Below are positions 57,860 to 64,000 of a stretch of 64,000 nt of DNA, piece after piece. Made by a program: the position numbers and the translations under genes. Where the stretch lies: assembly GCF_025465255.1 (NCBI RefSeq), contig NZ_JAODNI010000113.1:15-64014 (forward strand). The letters are read 5' to 3'. The notes under the pieces are model-generated. The model was not told the origin of the DNA. It did no database searches and was given only the letters and a program-made list of their open reading frames with translations. Source of the DNA: Pseudonocardia sp. (GTDB taxonomy: Bacteria; Actinomycetota; Actinomycetes; Mycobacteriales; Pseudonocardiaceae). The stretch's first letter is position 1; each line of letters opens with the position of its first letter.

Positions 57860-58885
57860 TCACCCGAAGAAGATCGCGGCCTCCGCGTACAGGGCGGGGT
57901 CCACCAGCTTGAGCTCCTTCGTCGCCTCGGCGAGCGGCACCGTGACGATGTCCGTGCCCCGCAGCGCGGTCATCACGCCCCAGTTCCCCGCCGCGACGGC
58001 GTCGATCGCGTGCAGCCCGAAACGTGTCGCGAGCCAGCGGTCCCGGGCGGTCGGCGTGCCGCCGCGCTGCACGTGCCCGAGCACGGTCGTCCGCGCCTCC
58101 TTGCCGGTACGCCGCTCGATCTCCTTGCCGAGCCAGTCCCCGATGCCGCCGAGCCGGGCGTGGCCGAACGCGTCCGTCTCGCCGGACATCAGCACCTCGT
58201 CCCCCTCCTCGGGCATCGCGCCCTCGGAGACGACGATGATCGGCGCGTAGTCCAGCCGGAACCGGCTCTCGACCCACTCGCAGACCTGGTCGATGTCGAA
58301 CCGCACCTCCGGGATGAGGATCGCGTTGGCGCCGCCGGCCATTCCCGCGTGCAGGGCGATCCACCCCGCGTGCCGCCCCATGACCTCGACGATCAACGCC
58401 CGGTGGTGCGACTCCGCCGTGGTGTGCAGCCGGTCGATGGCCTCGGTCGCGATGTTCACCGCAGTGTCGAAGCCGAACGTGTAGTCCGTCCCGGAGAGGT
58501 CGTTGTCGATCGTCTTCGGCACCCCGACGACCTGTACGCCGTCCTCGTGCAGTGTGGCCGCGACGCCGAGCGTGTCCTCGCCGCCGATCGCGATCAGCGC
58601 GTCCACCCCGAGATCGGTGAGGGTCCCGCGGATCCGGGCGAGGCCGTCGTCGAGGGCGAACGGGTTGGTCCGCGAGGAGCCGAGGATCGTGCCCCCGCGG
58701 GGCAGCAGCCCGCGTACCGCCGAGACGTCGAGAGGCTTGGTGTCGCCCTCGAGCACACCCCGCCATCCGTCCCGGAACCCGACGAACTCGTAGCCGTACC
58801 CGGGGACGCCCTTCCGGACGACCGCCCGGATGACGGCGTTGAGACCGGGGCAGTCGCCGCCTCCGGTCAACACTCCGACGCGCAT
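57860..58885 (-). CDS. pfkA: 6-phosphofructokinase (PfkA family)
   Basis: GGDCPGLN, GGEDT, PKTIDND, EVMGRHAG, LGHVQRGG. Confidence 0.95.
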   Translation of the reverse strand: MRVGVLTGGGDCPGLNAVIRAVVRKGVPGYGYEFVGFRDGWRGVLEGDTKPLDVSAVRGLLPRGGTILGSSRTNPFALDDGLARIRGTLTDLGVDALIAIGGEDTLGVAATLHEDGVQVVGVPKTIDNDLSGTDYTFGFDTAVNIATEAIDRLHTTAESHHRALIVEVMGRHAGWIALHAGMAGGANAILIPEVRFDIDQVCEWVESRFRLDYAPIIVVSEGAMPEEGDEVLMSGETDAFGHARLGGIGDWLGKEIERRTGKEARTTVLGHVQRGGTPTARDRWLATRFGLHAIDAVAAGNWGVMTALRGTDIVTVPLAEATKELKLVDPALYAEAAIFFG

Positions 58886-58921
58886 GCAGCAGGTCCTCTC
58901 CATCGATGCAGAAGAACCTCC

Positions 58922-58941
58922 GATGTTAGTCCCGTCACATC
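58922..58941. promoter_or_regulatory. CRP-like palindrome overlapping the probable pfkA -10
   Basis: GATGTTA-GTCCCG-TCACATC; minus strand reads TGTGA-N6-TAACA and contains TAACAT. Confidence 0.5.
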
Positions 58942-60289
58942 AGCGACGCGCTTCCGCCTCCTCGTCCGCCTTCTCCAGCTCGCCGAACCGGGTCACGAGC
59001 CCGTCCTTCGTCGTCCGCACCAGCAGCCGCCGGTGCCGGATGAACTGCGCCACCGCCAGCACGAGGTACACCCCGGACATCGCCACGACGACGATCCGGT
59101 CCGTCTCCGAGGGCAGCGTGATGGACGTGACGAACTGCACCAGGAACAGCACCAGTAGCGCCACCGCGCCGCGCAGGCTCAGCCCGAGCGTGACCAGCAG
59201 GCTCACCGCGAACAGCGACTGCGACGCCGTCAGCAGCAGCTCGAGACGCTGGTGCGTGTCCAACGGGAGCCCGTGCAGCGACGTCGACGAGACCGCGAAG
59301 ACGATCGGCAGCGTCCCGACCAGCAGCGTCCACTGGTTGACCTTGCTGGACAGCAGCGTGCCGAGCGAGTTCCCGGCCTTGAGGCGCCACGCGTAGAGGC
59401 ACGCGACGATCAGCTCCGGGGACTCGCTGGCGAGCGGGGCGACCCACTGGACCAGCACGAACTGGTCGACGCCCAGCTCCGAACCGGTTGCGACCAGGCC
59501 CTCTGCGAAGTGTTCGGCGGTGGTGAGGATGACGAGTCCCGCGATCACGAACAGCCCGCCGACCAGCCATCGCCGGCCGGGCTTCGGCCGGCACGCGATC
59601 CAGTCCGCCGCCCCCTGCAGGTCCGGTTCCTCGGCGGGCGCCTTGGCCAGCCGCAAGGCATAGGCCGCGAAGATCGCCACGAGCACGGCGGCGTCGACGA
59701 GCGTCAGCGACGACCGCAGCGGCAACGTCAGCGAGTAGATCGTGGCGATCCCGAGGAAGACGACCTCGGCGGACATCGCCCGCGGCATGGTGACGGCGCC
59801 CGTGTGCGTCGAGACGCTGTCGTGGCCGCCGCTGCGTTTCGCGTGCCGCACCGCGAGCGTCGCGACGAGCACCACCAGCGGCCAGCCGACGCCGACGAGC
59901 ACCCGGTTGGCCCCGGTCATGTTGGCCAGGGCCAGTGAGCAGGGGTTGGTGCCGGCGGCGTCCGGGACGCAGGCGCCGTTCTCCTCGAAGACCTGCCCCG
60001 CGCGGAAGCCGAACACGAAGTCGACGGCGTACTCGGGCAGCACCGCGAGCAGCGCCAGCAAGGCGAGGGCGAGGCCGGCGCTGAGGTCCACCTGCGCCGC
60101 CTCGGCCGCCCAGGACAGGATGAAGGCCGCACCGATGATCGCGATGCCGTAGACGGCCGCGGCCAGCGGTGGCGCGAGCTCCGGGTGCGGGAGACCGAGA
60201 TACGACGCCGCGCCGAGGTAGGCGCCGGGCAGTGCGATCACGATCGCGAACACGAGCTGCAGCGGCACGCGCGGCCGGGAGTCGGGCAT
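58940..60289 (-). CDS. sodium/calcium (CaCA family) cation antiporter
   Basis: Alpha repeats AVLPEYAV...ANMTGAN and ASESPEL...LLSSKVNQ; many TM segments. Confidence 0.87.
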   Translation of the reverse strand: MPDSRPRVPLQLVFAIVIALPGAYLGAASYLGLPHPELAPPLAAAVYGIAIIGAAFILSWAAEAAQVDLSAGLALALLALLAVLPEYAVDFVFGFRAGQVFEENGACVPDAAGTNPCSLALANMTGANRVLVGVGWPLVVLVATLAVRHAKRSGGHDSVSTHTGAVTMPRAMSAEVVFLGIATIYSLTLPLRSSLTLVDAAVLVAIFAAYALRLAKAPAEEPDLQGAADWIACRPKPGRRWLVGGLFVIAGLVILTTAEHFAEGLVATGSELGVDQFVLVQWVAPLASESPELIVACLYAWRLKAGNSLGTLLSSKVNQWTLLVGTLPIVFAVSSTSLHGLPLDTHQRLELLLTASQSLFAVSLLVTLGLSLRGAVALLVLFLVQFVTSITLPSETDRIVVVAMSGVYLVLAVAQFIRHRRLLVRTTKDGLVTRFGELEKADEEAEARR

Positions 60290-60376
60290 GTCTCGTTGGT
60301 GCCCTTGGGGCGGTCAGGGCAAACGGGACGAGGGCCGTCTTCCGGATCCGCGCCGGCGAGATCCGGAAGGCCGGGC

Positions 60377-61009
60377 CTACCCCACCCGGTCGACGAGCCC
60401 TGCGCCCACCGCCTCCTCGGCGGTGAACCAGCGCTCGGCCTCCGTGTCGGCGAGCACCTCGTCGACGCTCCGGCCGCTGTGTCGCGCGGTGATCTCCGCG
60501 CACTCCCACCGATACACGGCCAGCACGTCCGCCGGGACGGGGCCGCGCCCGTCGGAGCGCGCGGACGGGCGGCGCAGCACGATCCGCGCGTGCGCCGCGG
60601 CGCTCCGCTTGCCGGCGGCCCCGGCGGTCAGCAGGACCTGCGCGGCGGACGCGGTGAGCCCGACGGCCCTGGTCGCGACGTCCGGTGTCACGGACCGCAT
60701 CGCGTCGTGGATCGCGAGCGCGGCGGTCACCGAGCCGCCGGGCGAGGTCAGGCACAGCCTGATGTCCGTGCGCGGGTCCTCGTCCGCGAGCAGCAGCAGC
60801 TCGCCGACGACGCGCAGCGCGGCCTCGTCGTCGATCTCGCCGCCGAGCAGCACGATCCGCCGCGCGAGCAGCCGCTCCCGCAGGTCCGCGGAGGCGCCGG
60901 CGGCGGGCGCGAGCAGGTGGGTCGGGGGGATCACGAGCCGTTCGGGCCGCTCCGGGAGCCTGGGCAGGGTCGGCGGCAGGGGCGAGGGTTCGGTGGTGCG
61001 GGCGGGCAT
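60377..61009 (-). CDS. ClpP-family protein with a degenerate catalytic triad
   Basis: RIVLLGGEID...SPGGSVTA.LAIHD.M...GLTASAAQ...KR...ARIVLRRP...ERWFTAEEAV..GLVD. Confidence 0.85.
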   Translation of the reverse strand: MPARTTEPSPLPPTLPRLPERPERLVIPPTHLLAPAAGASADLRERLLARRIVLLGGEIDDEAALRVVGELLLLADEDPRTDIRLCLTSPGGSVTAALAIHDAMRSVTPDVATRAVGLTASAAQVLLTAGAAGKRSAAAHARIVLRRPSARSDGRGPVPADVLAVYRWECAEITARHSGRSVDEVLADTEAERWFTAEEAVGAGLVDRVG

Positions 61010-61072
61010 GGCGGCCTCCTGGGATCGGGAACGCAGGCGACGGTAGGGATCCGGCGCCGCGGGCAGGGCCGT

Positions 61073-61109
61073 GTTCGCCCACAGCCGCGAACGTTCACCG
61101 GAGGCGAAC
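61073..61109. promoter_or_regulatory. tandem ClgR-like palindromes upstream of the clpP paralog
   Basis: GTTCGC-N8-GCGAAC (61073-61092) abutting GTTCAC-N5-GCGAAC (61093-61109). Confidence 0.6.
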
Positions 61110-61127
61110 TCCGGGTACGACCCGCCC

Positions 61128-61568
61128 GTGGCCTCACGTGATCTCGATACCGCTCATGCCCGCCCCGAAGGTGTCCCCGACGAGCTCGTCGCCGCGGTCG
61201 GAGCGTTCTCCGAGATGCTCGAACGCATCGAGCGGGCGCGGGGCGCGCTGTACGAGTTCCATCAGCTCATCGGTGGTGCGGACGCCATGCTCGACGACGT
61301 CGTCGACGGCCTGCGCAAGACCGGGCACGACGGCTGGGCGGACCGGATCGAGAGGGAGCTGGTGGGCCGCAACGTGATCCCCGGCCATTGGAGCTTCCAG
61401 ATCGTCGAGGAGTTCGACGACGGCTACTACGACGTCCTGCGCGCCCTCGAGCGCGGCGTCCGCGAGGACACGATGGACGGGCGCCGGCATGTGTTCGAGG
61501 CGGAGATGAAGCAGCGCCGGCGGACCCACGGCGAGCCGCACCACGACGCGACGCCGCAGGACGGCTAG
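61128..61568 (+). CDS. conserved actinobacterial hypothetical protein
   Basis: ERARGALYEFHQLIGGAD...LVGRNVIPGHWSFQIVEEFDDGYY...RHVFEAEMK. Confidence 0.75.
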   Translation: MASRDLDTAHARPEGVPDELVAAVGAFSEMLERIERARGALYEFHQLIGGADAMLDDVVDGLRKTGHDGWADRIERELVGRNVIPGHWSFQIVEEFDDGYYDVLRALERGVREDTMDGRRHVFEAEMKQRRRTHGEPHHDATPQDG

Positions 61569-61576
61569 CAGGTCAC

Positions 61577-62431
61577 CTAGGTGCAGAGCTCCGGGTCGGG
61601 CACGCCGCTCCCCGCGCCCGGCTCGAACGAGATGTGCACGTGGTCGAAGTGGTTCTCGGTGGCGTCGCCGCGGTCCTCCATGCGTTCCCACCCGTCGCCG
61701 TAGTTGACCCGCTGCTTCCAGATCACGTAGGAGACGCCGAGCGCCTCCTGGTTCCGCAACGCGCAGGCGGCGATCCGGTCGCCCTCGGCGCCGGTCGTCA
61801 TCAGGTCGATCGCGAGGCCGCGCGGATGGTCCGAGACGCGGCCGCGGCCCGCGATGCCGATCAGGTCGGGCTCGTCGTAGAGGCAGGACAGGAACCGGGC
61901 GGCGTCGCGCACCCAGGTGCGGACGCCCGCGAGGGCTGACAGGTCGGCGTCGCAGTTCACCCGGGCCGCACGCCCCTCCTCGGCCCGCCGCGCGACGTCC
62001 GCCAGACCGACGGCCTTGAGCAGCCCGTCCGCGTCCGCGCGGTCGTCCGCGTCCCGCAGGAACGCGACCGGCAGGACGCTCGCGCCCAGCCCGGCGGGCT
62101 CCTCCACAGAGGCGACGTCCTCGGAGGCCAGCCCGACGGCGGCGGCGTCGGTCACGATCGTCGCCGGGGCCGCGACCAGCAGGTCCGCGCTCGGGACGAC
62201 GACGCTGAGGGCCCCGCCGGTGAGCGCGGCACCCCCGATGGCCCGGCGTACGGCCGACCGGTCCAGGACCGGGCGGCTCGGCCCGGCGGCGCCGGGGGAC
62301 GCACCGGGGGAAGGCAGGACGTGCCGGCGCGCGGGGGAGGCCGCGGCGCCCCGGCCCTGGGACAGGCGGCGTACGTCCGCCTGCGGGCCGGGATGCGCGC
62401 CGCGGCCGCCGGGGGAGCGGTGCCGGGACAC
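61577..62431 (-). CDS. putative secreted cell-wall metallopeptidase (M15/LAS-like C-terminal domain)
   Basis: Basic N-terminus plus hydrophobic segment; SDHPRGLAIDLM (Hx6D), YVIWKQR, NHFDHVHISF (HxH). Confidence 0.7.
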   Translation of the reverse strand: MSRHRSPGGRGAHPGPQADVRRLSQGRGAAASPARRHVLPSPGASPGAAGPSRPVLDRSAVRRAIGGAALTGGALSVVVPSADLLVAAPATIVTDAAAVGLASEDVASVEEPAGLGASVLPVAFLRDADDRADADGLLKAVGLADVARRAEEGRAARVNCDADLSALAGVRTWVRDAARFLSCLYDEPDLIGIAGRGRVSDHPRGLAIDLMTTGAEGDRIAACALRNQEALGVSYVIWKQRVNYGDGWERMEDRGDATENHFDHVHISFEPGAGSGVPDPELCT

Positions 62432-62672
62432 GACTGCCTTCCTCGCGCGGGGCCCGGGCGGACCACCGGCCTCGGGGGAGCCGGTGGATCACTCGTGATC
62501 CGGGTCCGTCGGGGATCCGGGCCTCGTGCTTGCGTCTACGGTAGCGAGACGGTCACGTTCTGCCGAGGACCCGTGACTTTCGGTGAGTCGACCGGGTAGT
62601 GCGCCGCGGTCAGCGGTCGCCACGGATCGACGAGCGTGCAGCCGAACTACAGCGTTGTCATTCGGGGCTCCG

Positions 62673-63752
62673 TCAGCCCAGCGTCACGACGTCCGCGATC
62701 ACCGAGCTTCGCGTGGGCCGGCGGTCCTGGCCGGGGCTGTCGTGCACCACGAGCAGCCGCGCGGGCCCGGGCCCCGGGAGCAGGGCGATGCCCTCGGCGT
62801 GGTCCTCCCCGGTGCCGTGCGGCAGCTCGCCGACGAGGCTGATGTCCTCCCCACGCACCAGTCGCGACGCGTCCGTGGCCGCGGCGTTGCGCCAGCGGTA
62901 GAGCCGGACCGGACCGGAGAGCGCCATCGACGGCCCGGCCAGGACCAGCATGTCGTCGCCGTGCGGGCAGAGGTCCCGCACCCCGAGGCCGCCGAGGTCG
63001 AGCAGGTGGGTGCGGTAGCGGGTGCCGCCGGGCAGCTCGCCGAGGACGAGCCGGCCGTCGTCGTCCGGATCGGGGTGCGGCGCGACCTCCAGCACGATCG
63101 CCCAGCCGCGGAGCACCGGCCCGCGCAGTCCCAGGTAGACGGTGTCCCCGTGCACCGCGATGCCCTCGACGTCGAAGCCGTTGTCCTTGGACGGGATCTT
63201 CAGGAACGGGCGGATGAGCGGGTCGTCGGCCAGCACGTCCGTGAGACCGACCGAACCGCGTGCGCCGACGAGCGCGGAGTGCTTCCCGGCGGGGGTGGCG
63301 CGGACCGGCGCCGGTGGTCCGTCCGCATAGTCCTGCACGGCGAGGCGCACGATGACGAAGCGGTTGGGCTCGCGGCGCACCTTGGCCAGGCGCTTGAACG
63401 CCTTTTCCGGAGGGTGCTTGGGCTTGATCTGCTTGCGCACCAGGCTGTGCGAACCCACGACCCACAGGTGGTCCGCGGTGCGCGCCAGACCCTCGACGTC
63501 GACCTCCTCGTCCGGGCCGCCGGGCAGCTCGACGAGCTCGGCGAGCGAGAACGTCGTCGCCCGGTCCGCGACGGTGGGCCCGTGCGGCGAGTCCAGCCGG
63601 AGGCGTTCGACGGTGGCGGTCTCGTCCCCGGCCAGCCACAGCGTGGAGCCCTCGACGTACGCGGCCGAGAGGTTGACGTGGTTCCCGGTGCGGACCGTGT
63701 CCCCGCCGAAGCGCAGCTCGACCTGCCTCTCGACCTGCATCTCGACGCCCAT
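62673..63752 (-). CDS. DUF3616-like beta-propeller protein
   Basis: DVEGLA, GSHS..RK, PSKDNGFDVEG, LGLRGPVLRG, LGGLGVRDL, DHAEGI. Confidence 0.8.
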   Translation of the reverse strand: MGVEMQVERQVELRFGGDTVRTGNHVNLSAAYVEGSTLWLAGDETATVERLRLDSPHGPTVADRATTFSLAELVELPGGPDEEVDVEGLARTADHLWVVGSHSLVRKQIKPKHPPEKAFKRLAKVRREPNRFVIVRLAVQDYADGPPAPVRATPAGKHSALVGARGSVGLTDVLADDPLIRPFLKIPSKDNGFDVEGIAVHGDTVYLGLRGPVLRGWAIVLEVAPHPDPDDDGRLVLGELPGGTRYRTHLLDLGGLGVRDLCPHGDDMLVLAGPSMALSGPVRLYRWRNAAATDASRLVRGEDISLVGELPHGTGEDHAEGIALLPGPGPARLLVVHDSPGQDRRPTRSSVIADVVTLG

Positions 63753-63807
63753 CCGACGTTTCTACCGCCTCCGGGCGGCTCGGCGGTGGGTTCGCGACCC
63801 GACAGCG

Positions 63808-64000
63808 TCAGCAGGTGACGGAACTGCCGCTCGGCGCGCTCTTCTCGAAGGACACGTGGACGTGGTCGAAATGGTTCGCGGTCACGCCCCCGCGGTCCTC
63901 CATCGCCTCCCAGCCACTGCCGAAGTTGATCTGCTGTTCCCAGATCACGTAGGAGATGCCGAGCGCCTCGCGGTTCTGCACGGCGCAGGCGGCGAGGGAG
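63808..64000 (-). CDS. paralog of the 61577-62431 protein (3' end only; gene extends past the window)
   Basis: ...AACAVQNREALGISYVIWEQQINFGSGWEAMEDRGGVTANHFDHVHVSFEKS...C*, aligning closely with the 61577 gene's C-terminus. Confidence 0.8.
   Translation of the reverse strand, partial: SLAACAVQNREALGISYVIWEQQINFGSGWEAMEDRGGVTANHFDHVHVSFEKSAPSGSSVTC

Noticed and set aside
62432..62672. Possible c-di-AMP (ydaO) riboswitch upstream of the putative cell-wall peptidase
   Set aside because: Hairpins are present, but the characteristic ydaO conserved segments were not recognisable.

Overview
A very GC-rich actinobacterial chromosome segment; the gene content and synteny suggest Pseudonocardiaceae (inference). 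No rRNA, tRNA, CRISPR array, transposase or prophage gene was recognised. 0-8 kb is the conserved block ybaK, sigH-rshA, ribosomal protein bL37, pdtaS, whiB1, DAG-kinase family, then a GNAT, an L,D-transpeptidase and a His-phosphatase. 8-21 kb holds transporters, sodN/sodX, malic enzyme, a PAS-GGDEF-EAL protein and an osmoprotectant ABC operon. 21.5-23.4 kb is a decaying module: PadR, a doubly frameshifted membrane gene, a multicopper oxidase with most of its middle deleted, and a DUF5134-like gene. 23.5-27.2 kb is a tightly coupled four-gene operon with two WXG100-like helical proteins, a membrane-less EccC/FtsK-like ATPase and a helical protein. 27-44 kb holds kgd, an F420 LLM enzyme, an acyl-CoA ligase, ABC transporters and glmS. 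44-57 kb is an accessory island: a partial Nit1C/MSMEG_0565-0568-type gene set (radical SAM, GNAT, glycosyltransferase, AIR-synthase-like; no nitrilase) flanks a microcompartment-free B12-dependent diol/glycerol dehydratase plus reactivase operon with three regulators and shared promoter motifs. 57-64 kb holds pfkA, a cation antiporter, a catalytically degenerate ClpP paralog with ClgR-like boxes, two paralogous putative cell-wall peptidases and a DUF3616-like gene. The best candidates for an undescribed system are the 44-57 kb island and the 23.5-27.2 kb ESX-like operon. All family calls come from motif recognition by eye, not from database searches.
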